A stretch of 64,000 bases of DNA from an uncultured SAR86 cluster bacterium (GTDB lineage Bacteria; Pseudomonadota; Gammaproteobacteria; Magnimaribacterales; AG-339-G14): contig CACAWS010000003.1 in the NCBI GenBank assembly GCA_902536295.1, positions 41,606 through 105,605 on the forward strand. Reading direction: 5' to 3'. Shown piece after piece: positions 1 through 9,964 of this stretch. The notes beneath the pieces are model-generated. The model was not told the DNA's origin. It worked only from the letters and a program-made list of their open reading frames with translations, and ran no database searches. The position numbers were made by a program, and so were the translations under genes. Each line of letters opens with the position of its first letter. Position 1 is the stretch's first letter.

Positions 1-255
1 CTCATATTTTTCAACTTTTTGCTGAGTCAAGTTAATCTTTGCCTCAAAACCTATGGAGCTAGAATCAATTCCAACAATCATGAGCTCTCTATCGAATGGG
101 TCTCCAGGTTTGTAATTTATTGTGAATTCTTTAGAAGGTTCCAACAAATTTACATAACTAAATCTTGAAATATTATCTGTTCTATAATCTTTCTTAAAAA
201 TATTTACAGCTTTTTCTATTTCTTCAGCTGAAAGTGCAGATAATGGATGCGTCAT
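1..255 (-). CDS. copper-containing primary amine oxidase, N-terminal fragment (gene starts at 255 and runs off the left edge)
   Basis: Not in the ORF track because it is truncated. My minus-strand translation from the ATG at 253-255 gives MTHPLSALSAEEIEKAVNIFKKDYRTDNISRFSYVNLLEPSKEF... The HPL-xx-LS-x-EEI start followed by F-x-x-V-x-L-x-EP-x-K is typical of copper amine oxidase N-terminal domains. Confidence 0.6.
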   Translation of the reverse strand, partial: MTHPLSALSAEEIEKAVNIFKKDYRTDNISRFSYVNLLEPSKEFTINYKPGDPFDRELMIVGIDSSSIGFEAKINLTQQKVEKYE

Positions 256-266
256 ATCAATAAGTT

Positions 267-674
267 TCAATCTAATAAAGGGAGTCCATCAGCTATCCAA
301 CTGTTTATGCCACCTTTGAGAATATAAACGTCTATTTCAGATTTTTTTAATTCCTTAGAAAATTCATCAGACTTAAGTCCATTTTGACAAAAAAGTATCA
401 CTGGTCTATCTGATATTTTATTTATTTCCTTCTTACAATTTTCTATATTCGGACCGGTATAGATTGCTTGACTTATTTTTCCTCTTGAAAATTCTTTTTC
501 GTTTCTTAAGTCAATCAACAAAGCGTTCTTATTATTCAATTGAAAAATAACTTCTTGCGAATCTAGTTTGGTTGCTTTTCTTGAATTTTCAGTATAAAAA
601 AATAAAGTGATGGCTACTATTAAAGGTAATACCAAAAACCAATTTGTTAATAAAAATTCAAAGAAATAAGGCAT
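267..674 (-). CDS. membrane-anchored rhodanese-like sulfurtransferase domain protein
   Basis: 135-aa ORF with an N-terminal hydrophobic helix. The rhodanese core reads [15 protein letters not shown]...[12 protein letters not shown], with an active-site Cys loop, and ends GGINSW. Confidence 0.75.
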   Translation of the reverse strand: MPYFFEFLLTNWFLVLPLIVAITLFFYTENSRKATKLDSQEVIFQLNNKNALLIDLRNEKEFSRGKISQAIYTGPNIENCKKEINKISDRPVILFCQNGLKSDEFSKELKKSEIDVYILKGGINSWIADGLPLLD

Positions 675-710
675 CAGAAGAGTATCATAACGTATTTGAA
701 TATATTAACT

Positions 711-1328
711 ATGAAAGAAGGTAAAAATAATTTTCTAGTTTTGGTAAGACATGGCCAGAGCGAATGGAACGAAAAAAACCTTTTCACGGGGTGGAAAAAT
801 CCTACCTTAACAGAACAAGGAATAGAAGAGGCGCGAAAAGCTGGTTCAAAAATAAAATCAATTAATTTAAATTTTGATTTACATTTCACCTCAGAATTAT
901 TGAGAGCACAAATTACTGGAGAAATTATTCAAAGAGAAATTGATCAACAAATTAAGACTATTAAAAACATTGCTCTTAATGAAAGAGACTATGGTGATTT
1001 ATCAGGTTTAAATAAAGATGAAGCCAGAAAAAAATGGGGAGAAAAACAAGTTCATTTGTGGCGACGTTCTTATGATACGCCCCCTCCTGGCGGAGAAAGC
1101 TTAAAAGATACTTCAGAAAGAGTGATACCGTATTTTAAAAAAACTATAAAACCTGAGCTAAAAATGAAGAAAAATATTTTAATTACAGCTCATGGTAATT
1201 CATTGAGGGCTTTAGTAAAAAACATTGAAGACATTGCCGCAACTGACATTGTTAAGTTGGAAATTGCAACTGGAGAACCAATTATTTATTCTTTCTCTAA
1301 TAATAAATTTAAAAAATTAGATATTTGA
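711..1328 (+). CDS. gpmA: 2,3-bisphosphoglycerate-dependent phosphoglycerate mutase (short form)
   Basis: Motif [20 protein letters not shown] (RHG phosphohistidine motif), with AHGNSLRAL later. I prefer the ATG at 711 over the TTG at 696 used in the ORF track. Confidence 0.9.
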   Translation: MKEGKNNFLVLVRHGQSEWNEKNLFTGWKNPTLTEQGIEEARKAGSKIKSINLNFDLHFTSELLRAQITGEIIQREIDQQIKTIKNIALNERDYGDLSGLNKDEARKKWGEKQVHLWRRSYDTPPPGGESLKDTSERVIPYFKKTIKPELKMKKNILITAHGNSLRALVKNIEDIAATDIVKLEIATGEPIIYSFSNNKFKKLDI

Positions 1329-2081
1329 TCTGACTGAAATGTTATTTTTCATAAGCTCTTCTTTCACTCTAGCTATAGAAATTTCTTCGTAATGAAAAAT
1401 GCTAGCTGCTAACACAGCATCTGCGTTTCCTATTTTAATTGCGTCGACCAAATGACTTAACTGACCTGCCCCTCCAGATGCAATTAATGGAATTCTCAAG
1501 TATGAATTAAGTTTTTTATTTAAGTCATTATCGTATCCAGTCTTAGTTCCATCTTTATCCATAGAGGTCATTAAAATTTCACCGGCGCCTAAACCTTCAA
1601 CTTTTTTTGCCCATTCTATTGCATTCAATTCTGTTTTATTTTTCCCCCCGTGAGTATATACAGACCACGCATCTCCATCCTTTTTTGCATCGATTGCCAC
1701 GACAATACATTGAGAGCCAAATTCTTTTGATGCCTCTTGAATTAGATTAGGCTCTAGAATTGCGGAGGTATTAATGGACACCTTATCAGCTCCGGATTTT
1801 AATAAAACCTCTATATCTTGAAGCTTCTTTATACCCCCTCCCACCGTGAAAGGGATAAAAACCTGATTAGCAATTGCTTCAACTGTTGTAAGAGTTGTCG
1901 ATCTTTCTTGATAAGAAGCATCAATATCCAACATACAAATCTCATCTGCTCCTTCGGCGTCATACCTTTTTGCAACTTCTGCCGGGTCTCCAGCATCAAT
2001 AATATTTTTAAAATTAATACCCTTAACCACCCTTCCACCTCTGACGTCTAAACACGGAATAATTCTTACTGTAAGGGCCAT
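1317..2081 (-). CDS. hisF: imidazole glycerol phosphate synthase, cyclase subunit
   Basis: The N-terminus [16 protein letters not shown] and the later SGGAG motif are typical of HisF. It follows hisA with a TAATG stop/start overlap. Confidence 0.95.
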   Translation of the reverse strand: MALTVRIIPCLDVRGGRVVKGINFKNIIDAGDPAEVAKRYDAEGADEICMLDIDASYQERSTTLTTVEAIANQVFIPFTVGGGIKKLQDIEVLLKSGADKVSINTSAILEPNLIQEASKEFGSQCIVVAIDAKKDGDAWSVYTHGGKNKTELNAIEWAKKVEGLGAGEILMTSMDKDGTKTGYDNDLNKKLNSYLRIPLIASGGAGQLSHLVDAIKIGNADAVLAASIFHYEEISIARVKEELMKNNISVRSNI

Positions 2082-2812
2082 TATTTATCGAATCTTTCTA
2101 ATATCTCTTTTAAATTTAATGAATTTTCATATAAAGCTTTCCCACAAATTGCACCATGAATATTTTCATACAGAGAAAGTTTTTCTAGATCTTCTATTTT
2201 CGAAATACCTCCAGAGGCAATGATCGGAAATTTTGAAACATCTGCAAGTTTTTTTGTTTCTTCAAAATTAGGTCCATTCATCATTCCATCTTTATCAATA
2301 TCAGTATAGATAATTTGATAAATGGGTGAGTCCTCGAATTCCATTATTAAATCCGTTGCTAAGACTTCAGAAGTTTTAGTCCAAGCTTCGGTAGAAACAT
2401 AACCTTTTTTAGCATCTAATCCCAAGATTATTCTCTCTAGATAAGTGTCGCATGCCTCAAAAAAAAATTTTTTGTTATCTAACGCTGCGCTTCCTAAAAT
2501 AAAATAATTTATACCTAGGTCATCATAAATTCTTAAAACACTCGAGTTTCTAATTCCGCCTCCCAGTTGCAAAATAGTATCCGGAAATTTTTCTCTAATT
2601 TTTTTAATAGCTGATAAATTAACTGTCATACCTTTATGAGCTCCGTCAAGATCTACTAAATGAATTCTTTTTGCTCCCATCTCTATCCAATGAGCGGCAG
2701 CGTCTGAAGGATCTTCAAAATAGACCTGCGTAGAATCCAGATCGCCTTTTTGCAATCTTACGCATTTTCCGTTTTGAATATCAATTGCAGGGATAGGTAT
2801 CATATTTTCCAA
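2081..2812 (-). CDS. hisA: 1-(5-phosphoribosyl)-5-[(5-phosphoribosylamino)methylideneamino]imidazole-4-carboxamide isomerase
   Basis: Motifs [26 protein letters not shown] and IASGGIS. It lies between hisH and hisF. Confidence 0.93.
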   Translation of the reverse strand: MENMIPIPAIDIQNGKCVRLQKGDLDSTQVYFEDPSDAAAHWIEMGAKRIHLVDLDGAHKGMTVNLSAIKKIREKFPDTILQLGGGIRNSSVLRIYDDLGINYFILGSAALDNKKFFFEACDTYLERIILGLDAKKGYVSTEAWTKTSEVLATDLIMEFEDSPIYQIIYTDIDKDGMMNGPNFEETKKLADVSKFPIIASGGISKIEDLEKLSLYENIHGAICGKALYENSLNLKEILERFDK

Positions 2813-3411
2813 TTGATAAAATTTTCTAAAAATTTCAATCCTTGTGTGCCACTTTTTTCAGGATGGAATTGAACACCAATGATATTGTCTTGAATAACTG
2901 CAGAGTTAAATAATTCCCCATGAGTAGTTTCAGCCAATATGTTATCTTTTTTTAATTCTTTTGAAGCATAAGAATGTACAAAATAAAAATTACTTGAATT
3001 CGGGATATTTCTATTAACAAAGTGTTTTTTTTTAAAAGTAACTTGATTCCAACCCATATGAGGAATTTTAAAATTTTTATTTTCTTTGAAACGCTCCACT
3101 TTCCCTGAAAATATATTCATTCCTTCGCTATTGCTTGATTCTTCGCTTAATGCAAATAAAATTTGTAATCCTAAGCATATACCTAAGTAAGGCTTCTCTG
3201 CAAAAGAGAGCTTTAAACTTTCAAAGAGGTTCTTTTTTTTCAAATTTTCAATACAAGCACCCATAGAACCTTGCCCAGGGAGAATAATTTTATCTATCGA
3301 TTTTAAATCCTCTTGTTTTGATATTACTTTGGCTTTAGCTCCTAAGTGGCTTACTGCCCTCAAAACTGAAAAGATATTACTCGCACCATAATCTACGACA
3401 CCTATTTGCAT
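2800..3411 (-). CDS. hisH: imidazole glycerol phosphate synthase, glutamine amidotransferase subunit
   Basis: Motifs IGVVDYGASNIFSV, LGICLGLQILF (catalytic Cys) and GVQFHPEKS. Confidence 0.93.
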   Translation of the reverse strand: MQIGVVDYGASNIFSVLRAVSHLGAKAKVISKQEDLKSIDKIILPGQGSMGACIENLKKKNLFESLKLSFAEKPYLGICLGLQILFALSEESSNSEGMNIFSGKVERFKENKNFKIPHMGWNQVTFKKKHFVNRNIPNSSNFYFVHSYASKELKKDNILAETTHGELFNSAVIQDNIIGVQFHPEKSGTQGLKFLENFINWKI

Positions 3412-3422
3412 AATAAAACCTC

Positions 3423-4010
3423 TTACAATGAACCTTTAGTGGAAGGTATCTGATCAGACTTTGCCTCATCTAATGCGCACGCCTGTTTAAGTGCCAAAGC
3501 AAATGCTTTGAAAATAGTTTCTGCTTGATGATGAGCATTAATCCCTTTTAAGTTATCAATGTGAATAGTCGCAAGGGCTTTATTAGTGAAGCCTTGGAAA
3601 AACTCTCGAAGTAACTGAAGGTCGAAATCATTAATAGTATCTTTTGTAAATTCAACATTCCAACTGAGCCCCGGTCTGCCAGAAAAATCCACTACTACTC
3701 TAGACAAAGCTTCATCTAAAGGAGCATAAGCAGACCCAAATCTTTTGATGCCTTTTTTTTCACCTAAAGCTTTATTAAATGCATCGCCCATACAAATTCC
3801 CACGTCCTCAACAGTATGATGGGCGTCAACCTCTAAGTCTCCAGTTGCTGATAAATTAATGTCAAAATCACCATGTTTTGAAACTTGCTCAAGCATATGA
3901 GAAAAAAAAGGAAGTTCAATCTTGTGGTCACTTTTACCGCTACCGTCCAAGTTCAAAGACAAAGTAATTTGCGTTTCCTTCGTATTTCTTTCTAAATCAA
4001 TTTTTCTCAT
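3423..4010 (-). CDS. hisB: imidazoleglycerol-phosphate dehydratase
   Basis: Motifs RNTKETQI, DAHHTVEDVGI and NAHHQAETIFKAFA. Confidence 0.93.
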   Translation of the reverse strand: MRKIDLERNTKETQITLSLNLDGSGKSDHKIELPFFSHMLEQVSKHGDFDINLSATGDLEVDAHHTVEDVGICMGDAFNKALGEKKGIKRFGSAYAPLDEALSRVVVDFSGRPGLSWNVEFTKDTINDFDLQLLREFFQGFTNKALATIHIDNLKGINAHHQAETIFKAFALALKQACALDEAKSDQIPSTKGSL

Positions 4011-4052
4011 AAAAAGCTATTATAACGGAGCATAGGATTTAAAATTAAATTT

Positions 4053-5066
4053 ATGAATAATTTTTCTCAAAAAATTATATCTTGGTATGATGCTAACGGA
4101 AGAAAAAACCTTCCTTGGCAAAAGGAAGATCCCTACAAGGTTTGGATATCTGAAGTTATGCTTCAGCAAACTCAAGTATCCACAGTGATTCCATATTTCA
4201 ATAAATTTATTTCTTGTTTTCCTAAAATAGATGATTTGGCTGTTGCAAGTCTGGACGAAATTTTGTCGATTTGGTCTGGACTTGGTTATTACACTAGAGC
4301 AAAAAATATTCATAAAACTGCGAATATTTTAAGAGAAGATTTTGACAGCAAGCTTCCAAATAATTTTGAAGACTTAGTAGCTCTACCTGGTATTGGCTTT
4401 TCAACTGCTGGCGCCATTTTGTCGCTTGGTTTCAAAAAACCAGGAGTCATTCTTGATGGTAATGTAAAAAGAGTCCTATTAAGGATGTCAGGTAATAAGT
4501 CGCCCATGAATGAGTATAAGACAGAAAAATCTTTAAAAGAGTTCGCTCAAATTTTACTTCCTAAAGCAAATTTTAAAAAATATTCACAGGGTTTGATGGA
4601 TCTCGGGGCAACTATCTGTAAACCTCAAAATCCAGATTGCGAAAAATGTCCAATAATAATTGATTGCAAAGCAAATAATAAAAATATACAAAATTTAATT
4701 CCTCTAAAAAGCTTAAGAAAAAAGAAAAAAGAAAAGAAAATTGATTGGGTCCTAATTAAAACTGAGAATAAAGTCTTACTAATGAGAAATAAAGAATCTG
4801 GAATCTGGCAAAACTTGTGGCTACTTCCAAATGAAGATCATTTCACTTCAAAAAATATATCGAAGCTAAATCCCATTAAAAGTAATTTTCCTAGCTTTAA
4901 ACACCAGCTTTCTCATAAAGATCTATCAATTTCAGTAAAAATTTACACAATCAAAAATAAAGATAGATTACCAATCGATAGAACCTCTTTTCATTGGGTA
5001 AATATTTCTGATTCGGTTAATATGGGAGTCCCAAAACCAGTGAAGGAAATATTAAATAAAATATGA
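4053..5066 (+). CDS. mutY: A/G-specific adenine DNA glycosylase
   Basis: Motifs LPWQKEDPYKVWISEVMLQQTQV and LPGIGFSTAGAI (helix-hairpin-helix). A 4Fe-4S Cys cluster reads C-x6-C-x2-C-x5-C (CKPQNPDCEKCPIIIDC). The conserved partner yggX follows. Confidence 0.92.
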   Translation: MNNFSQKIISWYDANGRKNLPWQKEDPYKVWISEVMLQQTQVSTVIPYFNKFISCFPKIDDLAVASLDEILSIWSGLGYYTRAKNIHKTANILREDFDSKLPNNFEDLVALPGIGFSTAGAILSLGFKKPGVILDGNVKRVLLRMSGNKSPMNEYKTEKSLKEFAQILLPKANFKKYSQGLMDLGATICKPQNPDCEKCPIIIDCKANNKNIQNLIPLKSLRKKKKEKKIDWVLIKTENKVLLMRNKESGIWQNLWLLPNEDHFTSKNISKLNPIKSNFPSFKHQLSHKDLSISVKIYTIKNKDRLPIDRTSFHWVNISDSVNMGVPKPVKEILNKI

Positions 5067-5329
5067 GTGATACAGTATTTTGCAGAAAATTTAAGGAAGA
5101 ACTGCCAAAGATGATTCGCCCTCCTTATCCCGGCCCGAAAGGTGAGGAGCTCTTCAATACAGTCTCAAAGAAAGCTTGGGATGAATGGACTGCTCTTCAA
5201 ACCACTTTAATAAATGAAAAACAATTAGATCTTTCAAAAAAAGAAGACAGGAATTATCTAAATACTCAACTAGAATTATTTTTAGATAATGACAATCACG
5301 ATACTGCAGAAGGTTTTAAAGAACTATAA
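5063..5329 (+). CDS. yggX: Fe(II)-trafficking / oxidative damage protection protein
   Basis: 88 aa. The sequence VFCRKFKEELPKMIRPPYPGPKGEELF...W..W matches the YggX family. Its start overlaps the mutY stop (ATGA). Confidence 0.88.
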   Translation: MSDTVFCRKFKEELPKMIRPPYPGPKGEELFNTVSKKAWDEWTALQTTLINEKQLDLSKKEDRNYLNTQLELFLDNDNHDTAEGFKEL

Positions 5330-5345
5330 AACCGTAAAACGCCAG

Positions 5346-7769
5346 ATGTTTAATATTGAAAAATTGATTAATGAACTTACTTTAGATGAAAAGATTTCTT
5401 TATTAACTGGGTTCAATTCATGGTATTCAAACAAAATTCCTAGACTCAACATTCCAAGCATAAAAATGTCAGATGGGCCTAATGGAGTTCGTGGAGATTC
5501 TACCTCGAATAAAAGTTCTGCCTGTTTCCCGTGCCCTATTTCAATTGGATCGACTTGGAATAAAAAATTAATAAAAAAAGTCGGAATTGCTTTAGGCGAA
5601 GAAGCACGAGATAAAGACGTAGACGTTTTGTTAGGACCAACAATAAATCTTCATAGACATCCTTTAGGCGGAAGGCATTTTGAAAACTTTTCAGAAGATC
5701 CAGTACTGACGGGAAAGATTGCTGTGTCATATGTTAAAGGCGTTCAATCTAAACAAGTTTCTGCCTGCTTAAAACATTTTGTTGCTAACGACACTGAATT
5801 TGAAAGGCATACAGTAAGTTCTAATGTTGATGAGAGAACTTTAAGAGAAATTTATTTATTACCCTTTGAAATGGGGGTTAAAAAAGCTCAAGCAAAATCT
5901 GTAATGTCTGCTTATAACAAGCTGAACAATATTTATTGCAGCTCTAATAAAGAATTATTGATGGATATTTTAAAAACAGAGTGGGGTTTTAACGGGTATG
6001 TTGTCAGCGATTGGGGAGCGGCATTAGAAACTGTAGATAATGCTAACGGAGGCTTAGATATGGAAATGCCTGGGCCAGGAAATACTTGGGGAGTAAACCT
6101 TACAAACGCTATAGAAAAAAAAGAAGTCCCAATGAATTTGATTAATGACAAGGTAAAAAGAATTTTATCGATAATGGAATTTACTGGCAGAATTACGTCT
6201 CCTGAAAATAAACCGGAAAAAGAAAATAACAGAAAATCTCACAGAAAATTATTAAAGAAATGTGCAAGTGAAGGAATGGTTTTATTAAAGAATGAAAATT
6301 TTCTTCCTTTAGAAAATCATGAAAACAAAAAAATCGCTATCATTGGGCCAAATGCAAAGTTTAGTCAAATAATTGGAGGAGGTAGTGCCAGTCTTAAACC
6401 TCATTATCAAATTCATCCATTAGAAGCTTTAACAACATACGTATCAGATAAAAATATTTTTTATGCAAAAGGCGCGCATACTCATAAATACCTTCCTAAA
6501 CTTAATGAATCTTTATTCTCAGATCCTGCAGGGTTTAAAGTTGAATATTTTGATGAAGAAATAGTTGAGTCTAAACTCATTAAAGTTGAAAAACTTAAAG
6601 GAAATAAATTTTGGGTTTTCGACGGTTTTGCTAAAGATATTATTAATAGAGAAGAAAGACCCAATATTAAAGTTAGATTTTCTTGTGAATATACTCCTGA
6701 TATAAAAGGATTACATGAGTTTGAAGTATTTGGTATCGGACCTTGTTCTATGAAAATTGATGGAACAGAAATAATAGATAACGCATCTGAAATTCTTCCT
6801 GGAGAAGCATTTTTTTCTTTTGGCAGCGCTCCAAAAAAGACTGCTTTAGAACTTGAAAAAGATAATAAATATAAAATAGAGGTCATTTATTCTTTCGAAG
6901 GAAGGTTTCCTGCAATTCAATTTGGTTGCCTGCCTCCTGATAAAGAAAATTTACTTGATGAAGCAAAAAGAATAGCCAAAAAGTCAGATTTTGTAATATT
7001 AATTGCAGGTACTAATTCAGACTGGGAAACTGAAGGAAATGACAGAAAAGCTTTAGAATTGCCATGTAATCAGGATGAATTAATAACTGAGATCACTTCA
7101 ATAAATAAAAATTGCGTTGTGGTTTTAAATACTGGTTCGCCGGTAAGTATGCCTTGGGTAAAAAAACCCAAAGCAATCCTTCAGTCGTGGTTCGGAGGAC
7201 AAGAGTATGGAAATGCCTTGATGGAAATTATTTTCGGCAAAACTAACCCCTCAGGAAAATTGCCTACAACATTTCCTATTAAAATCGATGATACCCCTGC
7301 CTATACATCATACCCAGGTCAAAATTCTCAAATGGATTATGAAGAAAAGTTATTGATAGGTTACCGTTGGTATGAAAAAAGAGGAATAAAGCCCTTATTT
7401 CCTTTCGGACATGGTCTTTCTTATACAAATTTTGATTTTGAAAATTTAAAAATTGAACAAAAGGACGAAAATATTTACTGTAAATTCAATGTTTCAAATA
7501 TCGGAAAATTTGATGGAAAGGAGATAATTCAATGTTATGTATCCAACCCTAATTATCAAAATGAAGAGCCAATAAAAACTTTACAAAATTTTAAAAAAAT
7601 CAAAATAAAAAAAGGTCAAATTAAAACAGTGAAGCTTAAGTTAGATAAAAGAAATTTTTCCTATTGGGACGTAACTTCCAAGAGTTGGAGATTAAAAGAA
7701 AAAGTGTATGAAATTTTAATTGGCTCTTCTTCTGAAAATATTCATTTAAGAAAGAAAGTATATTTCTAA
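5346..7769 (+). CDS. glycoside hydrolase family 3 beta-glucosidase with inserted PA14-like domain, no signal peptide
   Basis: Motifs KMSDGPNGVRG and GYVVSDWGA (SDW nucleophile motif). A PA14-like insert reads FKVEYFDEE...FEVFGIGPCSMKIDG. The C-terminus is Fn3-like. I prefer the ATG at 5346 (MFNIEKLINELTLDEK) over the ATG at 5289, which overlaps yggX. Confidence 0.88.
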   Translation: MFNIEKLINELTLDEKISLLTGFNSWYSNKIPRLNIPSIKMSDGPNGVRGDSTSNKSSACFPCPISIGSTWNKKLIKKVGIALGEEARDKDVDVLLGPTINLHRHPLGGRHFENFSEDPVLTGKIAVSYVKGVQSKQVSACLKHFVANDTEFERHTVSSNVDERTLREIYLLPFEMGVKKAQAKSVMSAYNKLNNIYCSSNKELLMDILKTEWGFNGYVVSDWGAALETVDNANGGLDMEMPGPGNTWGVNLTNAIEKKEVPMNLINDKVKRILSIMEFTGRITSPENKPEKENNRKSHRKLLKKCASEGMVLLKNENFLPLENHENKKIAIIGPNAKFSQIIGGGSASLKPHYQIHPLEALTTYVSDKNIFYAKGAHTHKYLPKLNESLFSDPAGFKVEYFDEEIVESKLIKVEKLKGNKFWVFDGFAKDIINREERPNIKVRFSCEYTPDIKGLHEFEVFGIGPCSMKIDGTEIIDNASEILPGEAFFSFGSAPKKTALELEKDNKYKIEVIYSFEGRFPAIQFGCLPPDKENLLDEAKRIAKKSDFVILIAGTNSDWETEGNDRKALELPCNQDELITEITSINKNCVVVLNTGSPVSMPWVKKPKAILQSWFGGQEYGNALMEIIFGKTNPSGKLPTTFPIKIDDTPAYTSYPGQNSQMDYEEKLLIGYRWYEKRGIKPLFPFGHGLSYTNFDFENLKIEQKDENIYCKFNVSNIGKFDGKEIIQCYVSNPNYQNEEPIKTLQNFKKIKIKKGQIKTVKLKLDKRNFSYWDVTSKSWRLKEKVYEILIGSSSENIHLRKKVYF

Positions 7770-9763
7770 CCATTTAATAAATAACTGATCTGACTCTCGG
7801 TAAGATTAATGGTTAAAGCTTTCATGCAGCTTTCAGATTCAAATAAATTTCTTGGTCCTATTAATGGAAATATATTGTCACTTCTATTGATTACGTAAGC
7901 TAAGGCAAGTTCAATTGGAGTGCAGTTTAGTTGCTGAGCTAACTCAAAACATCTTTCTCTTCGGTTTAAATTAGATTCACTATGCCATACTCTTATTTCT
8001 TCTTCTCTTGTAGGATTAGCTCCGTGAGCTAATTTAGGAAATAAATCTTGTTCCACAAAAAAACCTCGAGCTTGACTTGACCAAGGAAAAAGAAAAATCT
8101 CATTCTCTATCAAGTAATCTAAGTATTCATCATCACAGTTAACGCATCCAGGCCAAACGGGCTCATTCATTTCAGCCAAACTAAAATTATTACTAAGTAC
8201 TTTAAAACCTTCTTTTCCACAATTTCTAGCGTACTCATTTGCTTTTTTAAATCGATCATAAGTCCAATTAGAAGCTCCAATTAAAGAGATAAGTCCTGAA
8301 GTTTTTATTTCATTCAGTTCATCCATGAATTCGTCAACTGGTATTTCCGGATTATCTCTATGCAAACAATAAATATCTAAATGATCTAAATTCATTCGCT
8401 CTAAGGATTTTTCTAACTGAGGTCTTATATAGCCTGGCTCACAATGAGGAGTGTGAGCACCCTTGCCCAATATAACTATCTCATCTTTCAGATTTTGCTC
8501 GTTGATCCATCTTCCAAGAAATCCATCAGATAGCCCATTATTGTATATAAACGCAGTATCGAAGATCCTACCGCCTTGTTGGTAGAAATGCTCAAACATG
8601 CAAAAAGCATGCAAATCAGAAGATTGATTATCACAACCAAATACAATTCTTGGTGTAGATTTGCCTAAAATGTTTAATAATTTATCGTTAAAATTAGGAT
8701 TAAAGCCAAAGTGATGAGTTTTTATTTGAGAGTTCTTAATTTCATTGTTCGGGAAATTAACACCAAGCTGGGTATACCATTTTTCTAACCAGAGCATATT
8801 CCCAAGACTGTCTTTATGCGTCATTTGCGGCGACTCTAACCTTCCTTGTTTAATACAATTTGCCGCTTCATCAATTTCTCTAGTAAATAATCCAACTTCA
8901 TCATTTATTTTTATGATTTCTTCAGTTCCTTCATTAGAAAATTTTATTACTGATTTACCTTCAGAGAACTGGCCGCAGTGCCATGGATCGGATACTTCAA
9001 GACTTAACCCATCTGATTCTATTATTAAGTTATTTTCGTACTCTTCATGAATTGCTGTCTTGATTTCTGCAGATATTTCATTAGAGAAACTTAAAACTGC
9101 TGTGGAACTTGCATCTACTCCAGTTTCATCTAATTTTCCTTGAACAGAAATATCAATAGGATCAGAAAAATCCATCCCGTTTAATTTACCTGAAATTAAC
9201 CTTGCCATTGAAAGTGGATAACAACCAACGTCTAAAATAGCGCCGCCAGCTAAATTTGGATTTCTTAGTCTATGCTCTTTGGAGACATCTGTAGTGAATC
9301 CAAAAGAACTTTTAATCGTCACCCGCTTACCAGTGAAGTATTTTTCTACTAATTCTAAAATCTTAAAAGTTTGTGGATGACATCTATACATAAAAGCCTC
9401 CATTAGAAATAATTTCTTCTTTATAGCTTCATTAATTAGAATCATTGATTCTGAAGAATTTAATGTAAGCGGCTTCTCACATAACACGTGAAGATTTTTT
9501 CTTATACATGCCATTGAGTATAGAAAATGAGTGTCGTGAGGAGTGGCTATGTAAACTGAGTCTATGTTGCTTTCTAAAAATTTATCAAGATCAACGAAAG
9601 CTTCGATCTGATGTTTTTCAGCAAAAGTTTTAACTTTTGTTTCATTTCTTCCATAAACTGCTGTTAACTTTGAAGTTTCTGAATGTTGTATCGAATGTGC
9701 GAAAGCATTGGCAATTCCGCCATTTGCGATTACCCCCCATTTAAGCTTTTGATTTTCAGACAA
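7766..9763 (-). CDS. two-domain oxidoreductase: N-terminal Gfo/Idh/MocA NAD(P)-binding oxidoreductase fused to C-terminal aldo/keto reductase
   Basis: The N-terminal half has KWGVIANGGIANAF and VLCEKPL (the EKP motif of Gfo/Idh/MocA). The C-terminal half has FDTAFIYNNG (D/Y), GKGAHTP (K) and YCLHRDNP (H), consistent with an AKR tetrad. It is a single uninterrupted 665-aa ORF. Confidence 0.8.
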   Translation of the reverse strand: MSENQKLKWGVIANGGIANAFAHSIQHSETSKLTAVYGRNETKVKTFAEKHQIEAFVDLDKFLESNIDSVYIATPHDTHFLYSMACIRKNLHVLCEKPLTLNSSESMILINEAIKKKLFLMEAFMYRCHPQTFKILELVEKYFTGKRVTIKSSFGFTTDVSKEHRLRNPNLAGGAILDVGCYPLSMARLISGKLNGMDFSDPIDISVQGKLDETGVDASSTAVLSFSNEISAEIKTAIHEEYENNLIIESDGLSLEVSDPWHCGQFSEGKSVIKFSNEGTEEIIKINDEVGLFTREIDEAANCIKQGRLESPQMTHKDSLGNMLWLEKWYTQLGVNFPNNEIKNSQIKTHHFGFNPNFNDKLLNILGKSTPRIVFGCDNQSSDLHAFCMFEHFYQQGGRIFDTAFIYNNGLSDGFLGRWINEQNLKDEIVILGKGAHTPHCEPGYIRPQLEKSLERMNLDHLDIYCLHRDNPEIPVDEFMDELNEIKTSGLISLIGASNWTYDRFKKANEYARNCGKEGFKVLSNNFSLAEMNEPVWPGCVNCDDEYLDYLIENEIFLFPWSSQARGFFVEQDLFPKLAHGANPTREEEIRVWHSESNLNRRERCFELAQQLNCTPIELALAYVINRSDNIFPLIGPRNLFESESCMKALTINLTESQISYLLNG

Positions 9764-9845
9764 GTTTTGCTCCCTTTGGTATTGGTTATATTTTAAATTG
9801 ATTGCGCATTAAAGACGATTCTTCTAATATAATTTCTTTTTCCAA

Positions 9846-9918
9846 GCCCAGATAGCTCAGTTGGTAGAGCAAAGGACTGAAAATCCTTGTGTCGGTGGTT
9901 CGATCCCGCCTCTGGGCA
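9846..9918 (+). tRNA. tRNA-Phe (anticodon GAA); 3' CCA not fully encoded (reads ACCT)
   Basis: I folded the cloverleaf by hand: acceptor GCCCAGA/TCTGGGC, D arm GCTC-AGTTGGTA-GAGC, anticodon arm AAGGA-CTGAAAA-TCCTT, variable loop GTGTC, and T arm GGTGG-TTCGATC-CCGCC. It closely resembles E. coli tRNA-Phe. Confidence 0.95.
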
Positions 9919-9964
9919 CCTTCTAATTGTTATTTACAATAAAGCTTTAGAGTTATACACATAT

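Noticed and set aside
4715-4740. Purine/A-rich tract (AAGAAAAAAGAAAAAAGAAAAGAAAA) that looks like a simple repeat or slippery site
   Set aside because: It is in frame within mutY and encodes a Lys-rich linker (RKKKKEKK) between the glycosylase and Nudix-like domains. No frame disruption is present.
9887-9964. 5' extension of the proline iminopeptidase ORF (track start 9887)
   Set aside because: The extension begins inside tRNA-Phe (9846-9918). The residues it adds (MCRWFDPASGHLL...) are just the tRNA read as protein. The ATG at 9965 gives a normal Pip N-terminus.
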